A DNA stretch of 64,000 nucleotides from Dehalococcoidia bacterium. GTDB taxonomy: Bacteria; Chloroflexota; Dehalococcoidia; Lucifugimonadales; UBA826. Below the pieces are notes generated by a model. It made no database searches. It saw only the letters and a list, made by a program, of their open reading frames with translations, and was not told the origin of the DNA. Shown one piece after another: positions 16,923 to 26,217 of this stretch. Within the stretch, counting starts at the first letter, position 1. The number at the start of each line of letters is the position of its first letter. The stretch spans positions 3,864-67,863 of the forward strand of contig JBJLGX010000020.1 of assembly GCA_045564655.1 (NCBI GenBank). The letters are read 5' to 3'. Position numbers and translations under genes: made by a program.

Positions 16923-17903
16923 TTAATAATATTTTGATAAATATTCATTGACTGTTTTTAAGGTTGGCATTGCACTAGTGTCGCCTTTACTTGTACACGT
17001 AAGGGAGCCACATATATTGCCAATTTTCAATGCTTTTTCAAAAATGTATTTTTTGTCTTCCTGGTTTAATTGAAGTATTTCTTTAATATGTTTTTTGCTA
17101 GTTAATATACTGTGTATGAACCCAGACATAAATGCATCGCCTGCCCCGATAGGATCTATAGCGTTGACTGGAATATTTTCTATAGTCAAAAGATTGGATC
17201 CGTCATATAAAATTGTTGGGTCTGCGTCGTTCGTTAAAATAATTACGTTATTGGAATAAAAAAATTCTACATATTCCTTTGGGGATAATCCTTTGTTCCA
17301 TATTCTTTCTGCTTCATCATATCCTAGTTTGAATATTGTTGAAGATGGTCGGATTTGGTCTATGGTTTTCCTAGCTTCTTCTGGAGACCATAATTGTTCT
17401 CTATAATTGACATCAAAACTTATTGGTATCTTTAACTCATTACATCTTTCAATTGTTTTGAATATAGTGTCGTAACACGGTTTGCCAAGAGCAGGAGTGA
17501 TTCCTGTCAAGTGCACTAGATTTGCATCATCTATGTGTGGGCTAATAAGGTCATAAGTAATTTTACTGGCAGCACTTCCTTTCCTATCGTATTCTTTTTT
17601 GTGAACATTATTATCATAATGATTAAGGTACGAAACTCCTGTTTTTTCGCCTTGGTACTTATCGGCTATCATTTCTATTTTTGAGGATATTGAATCTGAG
17701 ATGAGAGTTCCTTCTTTGTCATTTCCTAGCCGACTTATCCATAGAGTTTGTAAATCGTCATTTGATAGACGATTTAAATTAATCGCAACATTAGATTCAG
17801 CTCCTGCTATATCCGATATGTGAGATCCGTTTTTGTTATAAGGCCCTATGTATTCAGCGTTGTACTGAATCATAGTTTCCCCGAATGTAACGAATTTAAT
17901 CAA
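16923..17903 (-). CDS. PfkB-family sugar kinase (2-dehydro-3-deoxygluconokinase-like)
   Basis: FGETMIQY, AGAESNVAINL, DPIGAGDAF. Confidence 0.8.
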   Translation of the reverse strand: MIKFVTFGETMIQYNAEYIGPYNKNGSHISDIAGAESNVAINLNRLSNDDLQTLWISRLGNDKEGTLISDSISSKIEMIADKYQGEKTGVSYLNHYDNNVHKKEYDRKGSAASKITYDLISPHIDDANLVHLTGITPALGKPCYDTIFKTIERCNELKIPISFDVNYREQLWSPEEARKTIDQIRPSSTIFKLGYDEAERIWNKGLSPKEYVEFFYSNNVIILTNDADPTILYDGSNLLTIENIPVNAIDPIGAGDAFMSGFIHSILTSKKHIKEILQLNQEDKKYIFEKALKIGNICGSLTCTSKGDTSAMPTLKTVNEYLSKYY

Positions 17904-17917
17904 AAATAAACCTTATT

Positions 17918-18673
17918 CTAGCTTATAGACTTTATAGCTTTTTCCATTCTTTTAGCTCCTTCAGATAACCACGGAGTCCACGGGAAAGATAAGAATTGAG
18001 CACCGACTGAATTAAAATGAGCTATATTTTTTTCAGATACAATTGTTCCAGCAATTTTGCCTTTTGAGGTTATTTTTTTGATGCTTTCTTCAACAATTTT
18101 TGTAACTTCAGGAGATCCTGCCCCACCCAACAATCCCATTGATTGTGCTAAGTCACCTGGTGCTACATAAAACACGTCTATGTGGTCGACCTCTAAAATT
18201 TCATCTAAATTATTTACAGCAATAATATCTTCTATAAGTATGATTACCATACTTTGATCATTTGCTTTGTCTAGATAATTATCTACACCTATTCCTTGAC
18301 GTCCCGTTGAAGACCCTCTCATTCCGATAGGGTGAAACTTTGACGCATCAATCACATTTTGGGCTTCTTCTTTTGTATTAACGTGAGGTACTGTAATTGT
18401 CATAGCACCTAAGTCTAGAGTTCTATAAATCACCCCAGGTTCATTTTGATGAACTCTAACTATTGATGTCATTCCCCAAAGGTCACACGCTCTTGTTAAA
18501 TCAGGGATATTATTAAAATCAACAGGCCCATGTTCGCCTTCTAGCCAGATTCCAGGGTACTCTAAGTGTCCAAAGTATTCTATGATATCTGAACTAAAGG
18601 GCCCCATGGGAATAGTGACTGTTTTTCCAGTTGATAATGCCTTTTTTACTTTATTTTGTCTTATATCTACCAT
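17918..18673 (-). CDS. HpcH/HpaI-family 2-keto-3-deoxy-acid aldolase
   Basis: WLEGEHGP, IVRV, I.VPHV.T.EEA, ILIEDI.AV.NLDEIL, V.PGDLA.S.G. Confidence 0.85.
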   Translation of the reverse strand: MVDIRQNKVKKALSTGKTVTIPMGPFSSDIIEYFGHLEYPGIWLEGEHGPVDFNNIPDLTRACDLWGMTSIVRVHQNEPGVIYRTLDLGAMTITVPHVNTKEEAQNVIDASKFHPIGMRGSSTGRQGIGVDNYLDKANDQSMVIILIEDIIAVNNLDEILEVDHIDVFYVAPGDLAQSMGLLGGAGSPEVTKIVEESIKKITSKGKIAGTIVSEKNIAHFNSVGAQFLSFPWTPWLSEGAKRMEKAIKSIS

Positions 18674-18694
18674 GATTCTCCTCTAAATATTATT

Positions 18695-19672
18695 TTAATA
18701 CCATTTTTCCTTATCGACGATATTCATAAGTGTGTCTCCTTTAATAAAGTTGTTAATATTAGTTGATAGGATCTGATATCTTCTTTCATTAATATTCTCA
18801 ACTCCCTTCACGGCTACATGAGGGGTTAATATTACATTATCTAAATCCCATAATTTGTGATTTTCAGGGAGAGGTTCAATTTCATAAACATCCAATCCGG
18901 CCCCTGCGATTTTTTTTTGTTCTAGGGCTTCACACAGGTCATCTAAAGAACAAACTTTTCCACGCCCGACATTTATAAAGTATGCAGAGTTTTTCATTAG
19001 ATTAAATCGATCTGATCTAAATATGCGATCTGTATCTGGTGTGTGTGGAGCTGTATTGATAACAAAATCAGCCTTTCCTATATAAGTGTCTAGTTTTTCC
19101 GGAGAGTAAACATCAAAAGGTGCCTCTTCGTGTTCGGGTCTAGGGTCAATTCCAATAACTTTCATTCCAAAAGCAGAGCACAATCTGGCTGTTTCGTATC
19201 CTATTCCACCTACACCATTTATTAAAACAGTTGATTCATCTAATACAACGTAGGGAGTTTGCCTAGCTTCTTTGTCCCATATTTTTTTCTCACGATTTCT
19301 TTCATACCACGGTAACCCTCTTGATAGCGACAATATATACATCATAATGTGATTTGCAATATGATCAGAATAAATTCCTCTCGGGTTTGTCATAATTAGT
19401 GGATGTTTAACTAATTCATCGTAGTAATAGCCTTCAAATGGGCCGGCATCAGGATTATGCAACCATTTTATTTTCTGAGCTATTTTAAGAGCCTCTGGGG
19501 CTATCCATCCCATTGCTGCGTCAGCATCTTTAATCGATTCTAGTACATCTTCATCATTTTCAGGTGTTTCAACTAATAAATCTGGGAAAGAATCACTTAT
19601 TTGTTTTGCAAATTGATCTCTTAATTCTTTTGTGTAAGCGTTATAAGGAGGTAGAAATACAAATTTAGTCAT
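18695..19672 (-). CDS. D-2-hydroxyacid dehydrogenase family protein
   Basis: INGVGGIGYETARL (Rossmann GxGxxG), NVGRGK, LTPHVA. Confidence 0.85.
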   Translation of the reverse strand: MTKFVFLPPYNAYTKELRDQFAKQISDSFPDLLVETPENDEDVLESIKDADAAMGWIAPEALKIAQKIKWLHNPDAGPFEGYYYDELVKHPLIMTNPRGIYSDHIANHIMMYILSLSRGLPWYERNREKKIWDKEARQTPYVVLDESTVLINGVGGIGYETARLCSAFGMKVIGIDPRPEHEEAPFDVYSPEKLDTYIGKADFVINTAPHTPDTDRIFRSDRFNLMKNSAYFINVGRGKVCSLDDLCEALEQKKIAGAGLDVYEIEPLPENHKLWDLDNVILTPHVAVKGVENINERRYQILSTNINNFIKGDTLMNIVDKEKWY

Positions 19673-19768
19673 AATGTGAACCTATTTTGAATTAAGTATT
19701 TAAATATCAAATATCATTATATAATCACTTGATGTTTTGTTGATTGAGTTAATTAAGGGTTAGCTAGG

Positions 19769-20137
19769 TTGAAGCAAATTAAGAAAATTTTATTCTACGC
19801 ATTAGGTATGTTTTTTGTCGGGTTAGGTATTGCGGGATATATACTCCCTGGCCTTCCGGGCACAGTATTCCTTATTTTGGCAGCGGTATGTTTTTTGAGA
19901 TCAAGTGAACGAATGTATAAATGGGTTACTGAGCATAAATTATTTGGATCTCCAGTTAAGACATTTTTAGAAACAGGTGGCATTCCTCATAAAATAAAAA
20001 TAATATCTGTGTCTTCTATAATTTTATTTAGTTCAATATCTTTATTAGCCCCGTATAGTCTGCTTCTTTTTAAAACTCCTGTAGTGGCATTGGCTATTAT
20101 TGGAATTATTTATATACTAACTCGGCCCACTGCTTAA
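19769..20137 (+). CDS. DUF454 / YbaN-family inner-membrane protein
   Basis: GLGIAGYILPGLPGTVFLILAAVCFLRSSERMYKWV is the YbaN signature. TTG start. Confidence 0.8.
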   Translation: MKQIKKILFYALGMFFVGLGIAGYILPGLPGTVFLILAAVCFLRSSERMYKWVTEHKLFGSPVKTFLETGGIPHKIKIISVSSIILFSSISLLAPYSLLLFKTPVVALAIIGIIYILTRPTA

Positions 20138-20409
20138 CTTATGTTTTTAATTTGTGGGTCTAAATAACCTCGTTCTAAGGCGACAGTAATCGCATTAATT
20201 AGATCTTTGGCTGATTGGGGGTTAAGTTCGACTGCCACTCTTGATCCTACGCCAATATCAGGGTTTACAAAGTCAATGTTGATTCCATATTCCCATGGAG
20301 CATTGAATGGATGATCGTAAGTAACATTCACCTTCTTTAATTTAAACCATCCAGATTGTCCTTTAGCACTGCCTTCAAGATTTGTTGTTTCACATATCAT
20401 CGTACACAT
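20134..20409 (-). CDS. Hypothetical small protein (91 aa)
   Basis: Intact ORF with a 4-nt convergent overlap with the ybaN-like gene. MCT...LEGSAKGQSGWF...VTYDHPFNAP resembles a small actinobacterial-type DUF from memory, but this is unverified. Confidence 0.45.
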   Translation of the reverse strand: MCTMICETTNLEGSAKGQSGWFKLKKVNVTYDHPFNAPWEYGINIDFVNPDIGVGSRVAVELNPQSAKDLINAITVALERGYLDPQIKNIS

Positions 20410-20434
20410 GGGTCACCTCTATTTCATGAAATTA

Positions 20435-21187
20435 TTAAAGATTAGTACTCAAGAAAGTAAATATTTTTTCCCAAGCATCAATAGCTGAACTTTGATGATA
20501 AAGAGGTCTATCGTAATAAAGAAATCCATGACCTGCTTCATCATATCTATGGAATTCATATTTTTTCCCAAATTTTTTTAATTCTGATTCGTGTTGATCG
20601 ACTTGTTCAGGTGTTGGGCTTTGATCTAAGTTTCCAAATAATCCAAGCATGGGGATATTTAAATCATTTGTAAATGAATTTGGTGATTCAGGTTGTTTTG
20701 CTGTTAGTTGCGATTTATCCATTATCACATTGCCTCCCCAACACTCAATAACAGCATTAAATATGTTTAATTGACAACCCGCTAAGAAAGCTTGACGTCC
20801 ACCTGAACAAGTTCCAAAAATGCCAACTTTTTTATTGGAATTTGTCAAAGATAAAACGTATTCTGCAGCAGCATGAGCATCTCCCATAGCTTGTTCGTCT
20901 GATATTCCACCGTCAGCCCGTACAGATGCAGCAACATCTTCTGGGGAACCTTTTGCCTCCCGAGAATACAAATCAGGACTAATCGCAAGGTATCCGTGAT
21001 GGGCGAATTTTCGTGTGAATTCACGGTATAACTCATCCCATCCAGGCAGATGATGCATTAATACGATTGCAGGAAATGGTCCGGGGCCTTCCGGCCTTGC
21101 AAAATATGAATTAATTTTTTCACCATTATGTCCGTTTATTGTGGTTGTTCCTGCTACCATCCCTTCAAACTGGTCTGTGGTATACAT
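20435..21187 (-). CDS. Dienelactone hydrolase family protein (carboxymethylenebutenolidase-like)
   Basis: PAIVLMHHLPGWD, nucleophile elbow GIFGTCSGG, and a C-terminal AGHGF. Confidence 0.85.
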   Translation of the reverse strand: MYTTDQFEGMVAGTTTINGHNGEKINSYFARPEGPGPFPAIVLMHHLPGWDELYREFTRKFAHHGYLAISPDLYSREAKGSPEDVAASVRADGGISDEQAMGDAHAAAEYVLSLTNSNKKVGIFGTCSGGRQAFLAGCQLNIFNAVIECWGGNVIMDKSQLTAKQPESPNSFTNDLNIPMLGLFGNLDQSPTPEQVDQHESELKKFGKKYEFHRYDEAGHGFLYYDRPLYHQSSAIDAWEKIFTFLSTNL

Positions 21188-21215
21188 TTAATCTCCTTGA
21201 GTATTTATAAGTAAA

Positions 21216-22007
21216 TTATTCGCCTTCCATAGCCCTCAATACTTTTTCCCCTTCTGATTTCCAGAATGTATATAGTATTAGTATGTCTGTACCTAATGAA
21301 AAATGTCTGACTCCCATATCTAGATATTCTTTCATTTCATCGGCAGATTTAATTTCTGCTCGAGGTGGAACTCCCATCTCCATAGATAATTCAAAAGTTT
21401 TCTTTTTTGCAGCTTTTACTTCCGGTGCATCCATTTGTTTAGGTTTCCCTATTCCCATTGAAAAATCAGATCCTCCCCATTGAGTCATCTCAACACCTGG
21501 TTCTGATAATATTTCCTCTAAATTATCGACAGCGCCTTTTTTTTCTATCATAAAAGCTAGTACTGTGTCGGCAACATTGTCTACATATTCTTGAGAGCCA
21601 CCATATCCCATAAATGAATTTCTTCTCGTAGCTACCCCATACATCCCTTTGTGATCTGGGTGGTCAGGCCGTGCAGCTATTATGCAGTCTCGCACTTCTT
21701 GTATATTCCTAACATCTGTAAATAGAATGCTTTCAAACCCTGCTCCTATACCTCGTTGAGCCAAAAAAGGCATTAAACTTTGGTCAATTTTCAGCATAGT
21801 CCCAAGTCCATGTAATTCTGCAGCTCTACACATGTTGTCTAAATCATGTAGATCAGAAGGCCCATATTCGGCTACAAATTCTACATAATCATATATTCCG
21901 GTGTGTCCTAGTGCTTCAATTTGAGATGGCCATACACTATGTACATGAGTACTTAACGTAGGTTTTCCTTCTTGAAGTTTTTTCCTTAGTGTATTTTCCT
22001 TAACCAT
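21216..22007 (-). CDS. HpcH/HpaI aldolase / citrate-lyase-beta-like family protein
   Basis: DYVEFVAEYGP, MLKIDQ, MIEKKGAVDNLEEIL, GGSDFSMG. Confidence 0.8.
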   Translation of the reverse strand: MVKENTLRKKLQEGKPTLSTHVHSVWPSQIEALGHTGIYDYVEFVAEYGPSDLHDLDNMCRAAELHGLGTMLKIDQSLMPFLAQRGIGAGFESILFTDVRNIQEVRDCIIAARPDHPDHKGMYGVATRRNSFMGYGGSQEYVDNVADTVLAFMIEKKGAVDNLEEILSEPGVEMTQWGGSDFSMGIGKPKQMDAPEVKAAKKKTFELSMEMGVPPRAEIKSADEMKEYLDMGVRHFSLGTDILILYTFWKSEGEKVLRAMEGE

Positions 22008-22131
22008 TTCTCCTCCAAATTTATAATTTTATGTCTTTTAGATGAATATTAAATTAATATTAGTGTTTAGTCCAAGAATAATCTGAGAATTAATAATAAT
22101 TTGATAGATTATAATGGTTTTTATAATGTAA

Positions 22132-22329
22132 GTGAGTTATACAATGATAAAATTCTTAGGTGTTCCTATCCAATTTACAGTTGTGTTTGTAATATCCTTA
22201 GTTTTATTCGTATATTTATTGGCTGCTTCAGCTGATGGGCGTGTTGAAAGTAGGAATATCGAGAATTCTAGTAATACCGAAACTTATGCGTGGGAAGAGG
22301 CTTCATTATGGATATGCCCATTACATTGA
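22132..22329 (+). CDS. Possible small membrane protein (65 aa)
   Basis: GTG start and one predicted TM (VVFVISLVLFVYLLAA). No other support. Confidence 0.25.
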   Translation: MSYTMIKFLGVPIQFTVVFVISLVLFVYLLAASADGRVESRNIENSSNTETYAWEEASLWICPLH

Positions 22330-22362
22330 ATGAATTTAATTTGATTAGATATAGGAAATTTT

Positions 22363-23661
22363 TTGCAGAACTACAATTTTAAGCGATTATATCCATGGTT
22401 CATTGTTGGAATTGTAGCCATGATGCAAATTTTAGTAAGTACTCGGGTACTATGTATCGGAGTTTTTATTGAACCTTGGGAAACTCAATTTTCTTGGAGT
22501 AAAAATGACATAAGCTTAGGTTATGCTTTTAGTTTATTAACTGCTGCATTAACAGCTCCCTTTTCAGGTTATGTCGGAGATCGTTTTGGAGCTAGACGAG
22601 CAGGATTTATAGGAGTAATTATATTTTTTGTTGCTATGCTCTCAATGAGTTTTATTACAGAGCTATGGCATTATTGGGTTGTATTTGGATTATTTTTAGG
22701 AATTTCTCAATCAATTATTTTAGTTCCATTAGTTCCGGCATCTATGACATGGTTTCGCAGAAGATTGGGTGTTGCAATGGGTGTTGTTTTTGCGTCTTGG
22801 GGAATTGGCCCAGCTTTTATAACTCCATTACTTGCATTAGGGTTAGAAAATTTCGGATGGAGAACAACATTTTTTTTGTTGGCGATAGTGTCAACATTCA
22901 TCATGCTTATGTTACTGGTTTTATTTAGAAATAGGCCTTCTGATATAAATATGAATGCTTACGGAACTCTTCTAACTGATGAACCAATTGTTGGAAGGAC
23001 CCCTCCTGCAATATTGTTGAAGGAATTCAATTCTTATATGAGAAAAACTCGCGCATATTGGAATTTGAGTTCAATTCACTTTTTAGGATGTGTGGGGCAT
23101 TCAATGATTATCGTATGGATAATACCAGTTGCCATGGATATCGGATTCACTTTATTACAGGCTTCTTTTATTTACACCCTCATGTCAACAATTAGCATTG
23201 GTACTAGGTTTTTGGCTCCCATATTGTGTGAGAAATACGGTATGAGGACTTCATTGTCTACATTTTTTATTTTACAGGGATTTCCAGTTTTAATACTTGC
23301 GTATACAGAAAGCTCTTCTATGTTTATATTCATGGCAGTTATATTCGGTATTGGTTGGGGAGGCGAATCAGGTGGATTCCCAATATTTAATAGAAAATAT
23401 TTTGGACAAGCCCCAATGGGGTCTCCTCATGGTATTCAATTATTAGGGGCAGGGGTTGGTATGGCTCTAGGAGGTTGGATGGGTGGACCAATTTATGATA
23501 TTTTTGGTTCGTATGCATGGGCGTTAGTCATTGCCTCAATAGCAAGTATTGGAGGAGCAGTGAGCATCATGATCTTAGAAAACCCTTCGAAATTATTGAT
23601 TCCAGATTGGGTAAAGATAGAAAATACATATAACGAGTCACTTGCAATTAAGGAAATTTGA
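22363..23661 (+). CDS. MFS transporter
   Basis: About 12 TM segments with a GDRFGARR loop between TM2 and TM3. TTG start. Confidence 0.8.
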   Translation: MQNYNFKRLYPWFIVGIVAMMQILVSTRVLCIGVFIEPWETQFSWSKNDISLGYAFSLLTAALTAPFSGYVGDRFGARRAGFIGVIIFFVAMLSMSFITELWHYWVVFGLFLGISQSIILVPLVPASMTWFRRRLGVAMGVVFASWGIGPAFITPLLALGLENFGWRTTFFLLAIVSTFIMLMLLVLFRNRPSDINMNAYGTLLTDEPIVGRTPPAILLKEFNSYMRKTRAYWNLSSIHFLGCVGHSMIIVWIIPVAMDIGFTLLQASFIYTLMSTISIGTRFLAPILCEKYGMRTSLSTFFILQGFPVLILAYTESSSMFIFMAVIFGIGWGGESGGFPIFNRKYFGQAPMGSPHGIQLLGAGVGMALGGWMGGPIYDIFGSYAWALVIASIASIGGAVSIMILENPSKLLIPDWVKIENTYNESLAIKEI

Positions 23662-23662
23662 T

Positions 23663-25084
23663 ATGAATGACTTTCACGATATTGTTAATATGTCAGCTAC
23701 AGAATTAGTGACACAAATGAGATCTAGAAAATTATCTGCTTTAGAAGTTATGAAAGCTCATCTCACTCAAATTGATATTGTAAACCCCAAAGTAAATGCC
23801 ATTGTAACTTTAGACGAAGAACGTGCTCTGGCTGGCGCTAAATTAGCAGATGAAGCTATTGTCAACGGAGAGTCATTAGGATTACTTCATGGTTTGCCCA
23901 CGGCACATAAAGATCTAGTCCCTACTAAAGGTATTAGAACTACGTATGGTTCTCTCATATATAAGGATTTTATTCCTGATTTTAATTCATTAATTGTTGA
24001 CCGAATACAAGGTGCCGGGGCTATCACAATTGGTAAAACAAATACCCCGGAGTTTGGAGCTGGTTCACAAACATTTAATGAGGTATTTGGTGCAACGCTA
24101 AATCCGTATAATTTAAATATGACTTGCGGAGGGAGCAGTGGAGGTGCAGCTGTCTCTCTAGCTTCTAGGATGCTTCCAATAGCTGACGGTAGTGACACAG
24201 GAGGTTCTTTAAGGAATCCGGCTAATTATTGTAATGTTGTTGGCTTTAGGCCTTCTCCGGGAAGAGTGCCTTCGTACCCAAATAAAGTTGGGTGGAGTCC
24301 TACTTCTGTTCAAGGGCCAATGGCCAGAAATGTGTCTGATTGTGCTTTATTGCTTTCAGCTATGTCTGGTCCGGATTCTAGGGTTCCGATTTCTTTAACA
24401 GATGATGGGTCAGTTTTTTCTCAATCACTTGACCGTGACTTCAATAATATTAATATTGCCTGGAGTCCTACTCTAGGCGGCCTTCCGGTTGAACAAGATG
24501 TATTAAATACCCTTGAATCGCAGTTGGGTATATTTGAAGAAATAGGCTGTCATATAAATCAGGCAGATCCTGATTTTACTGATGCGAATGAAGTTTTTTT
24601 AAGATGGAGAGGTTGGGAAAGAGTAATAAATCAAGGCGATTTATTAGAAAAACATAGAGACACTTTAAAAGATTCTATGATCTGGGATATTGAACAAGGA
24701 TTGAAATTATCTGCATCTGATGTTGCGTGGGCAGAGACAAAAAGAATAGAAATTTTTCGCCGCATGGAAAATTTTATGGAAAAATACAACTTTTTAATTT
24801 GCCCAGTTAGTCAATCCCCTCCGTTTGACATAAATCAACCTTGGGTTAAAGAAATTAACGGAGTCCAAATGGATAATTACATTGATTGGATGCGTTCATG
24901 TTATTACATAACTGTTACTGGACATCCAGCTATTTCTGTTCCTTGCGGGTTTACAGAGCAAGGTCTTCCTGTTGGAATACAAATTGTTGGTAGATATCGA
25001 GATGATTTAGGGGTTTTGCAATTAGCTAAAGCATTTGAATCAGCCACTGAATTTTGGAAAACTGTACCAGATATATCTAAATAA
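23663..25084 (+). CDS. Amidase (amidase-signature family)
   Basis: GGSSGGAAVSLAS signature, the K (AHKDL) and cis-Ser (GSDTGGSLR) catalytic triad context. ATG 23663 follows the upstream stop by 1 nt. Confidence 0.9.
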   Translation: MNDFHDIVNMSATELVTQMRSRKLSALEVMKAHLTQIDIVNPKVNAIVTLDEERALAGAKLADEAIVNGESLGLLHGLPTAHKDLVPTKGIRTTYGSLIYKDFIPDFNSLIVDRIQGAGAITIGKTNTPEFGAGSQTFNEVFGATLNPYNLNMTCGGSSGGAAVSLASRMLPIADGSDTGGSLRNPANYCNVVGFRPSPGRVPSYPNKVGWSPTSVQGPMARNVSDCALLLSAMSGPDSRVPISLTDDGSVFSQSLDRDFNNINIAWSPTLGGLPVEQDVLNTLESQLGIFEEIGCHINQADPDFTDANEVFLRWRGWERVINQGDLLEKHRDTLKDSMIWDIEQGLKLSASDVAWAETKRIEIFRRMENFMEKYNFLICPVSQSPPFDINQPWVKEINGVQMDNYIDWMRSCYYITVTGHPAISVPCGFTEQGLPVGIQIVGRYRDDLGVLQLAKAFESATEFWKTVPDISK

Positions 25085-25101
25085 AAGCCTTAGGAGTTGA
25101 A

Positions 25102-26202
25102 ATGAAGATAACAAATGTTAAAGTCGAACTTTTTAATTGGGAAAGAGAGGCTTGGATAACAGGTGTTGGTACAACTTTTGGTGGAACGAAAAAACTAGGA
25201 GTTGTATCTGTTGAGACTGATGAAGGTATTACTGGCAATGCTTTTTTAGGAAGCCCTCTAGTTGGTGCTGACCATTTTGCTCCAGCTTTAATTGAATTTG
25301 CTAAACCTATGTTAATTGGTCGTAACCCTCAAGATATAGGTTCTATATGGTGGGATTTATGGAAAAAGAATCGCTCTATTTCGACCAATGCTATTGGGGC
25401 GATTGATATTTGCTTATGGGATATTAATGGAAAGATTGCGAATCAACCAATTCATAGGTTGTTGGGTACTTGTAAAGAGCAAGTTCCTGTTTATTCAAGC
25501 ACTGCTTATCATGAGACTAAAGAGGAATATGCTGAAGAGGCGCTTAAATTTAAAGAAATGGGTTGGACTGCTCATAAAATACACCCACATGGTGTGCCTG
25601 CAGCTGATATAGAAATATCTCAAGCTGTAAGAGATGCTGTTGGAAGTGACATGAAGTTAATGTTGGATTCCATGTGGGCTTATCAATATGAAGATGCGCT
25701 TCGTGTTGGACGAGCAATCGAGGAATTGAATTTTTATTGGTATGAAGACCCATTGGTTGAGGAAGATATATATAATTATGTTAAATTAAAACAAAAATTA
25801 GATATTCCTATTATGTCTACTGAATATGCTCCTGGTCGATATTATGGTATGACTCAATGGATTACTCAGTATGCAACAGATATTCTTAGAGGAGATGTTG
25901 CTGTTACGGGAGGTATAACTCCTATGGTGCGACTTTGTCATCTAGCAGAAGGATTCAATATGAAGTGTGAAGTCCACCATGGAGGTAATTCACTTAATAA
26001 TGTTGCTAATTTACATGTGATTATGGCGGTTCCTAATTGTGAATTCTTTGAATTTTTTCCATGTACAGGTGGCAATGAATATGGATTAGTGGAAGATATT
26101 CAATATGACGCTGGCTATGTTCATGCTCCAACTAATCCTGGGCTAGGATATGAAATAGATTGGGATCTTATTAATAAAGAACACGTGGGGACTCTCGAGT
26201 AG
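25102..26202 (+). CDS. Enolase-superfamily enzyme (mandelate racemase/muconate lactonizing family, probable acid-sugar dehydratase)
   Basis: AIDICLWDI, metal ligands in MLDSMWAY / YWYEDP / STEYA, and a C-terminal HHGG. Confidence 0.85.
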   Translation: MKITNVKVELFNWEREAWITGVGTTFGGTKKLGVVSVETDEGITGNAFLGSPLVGADHFAPALIEFAKPMLIGRNPQDIGSIWWDLWKKNRSISTNAIGAIDICLWDINGKIANQPIHRLLGTCKEQVPVYSSTAYHETKEEYAEEALKFKEMGWTAHKIHPHGVPAADIEISQAVRDAVGSDMKLMLDSMWAYQYEDALRVGRAIEELNFYWYEDPLVEEDIYNYVKLKQKLDIPIMSTEYAPGRYYGMTQWITQYATDILRGDVAVTGGITPMVRLCHLAEGFNMKCEVHHGGNSLNNVANLHVIMAVPNCEFFEFFPCTGGNEYGLVEDIQYDAGYVHAPTNPGLGYEIDWDLINKEHVGTLE

Positions 26203-26217
26203 TTAAGGGATTATTCA

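Noticed and set aside
22095..22131. TTGATA ... TATAAT promoter-like motifs upstream of 22132
   Set aside because: The spacing is about 15 nt, which is suboptimal. Such hexamers are frequent by chance in AT-rich intergenic DNA. It is not reported as a feature.
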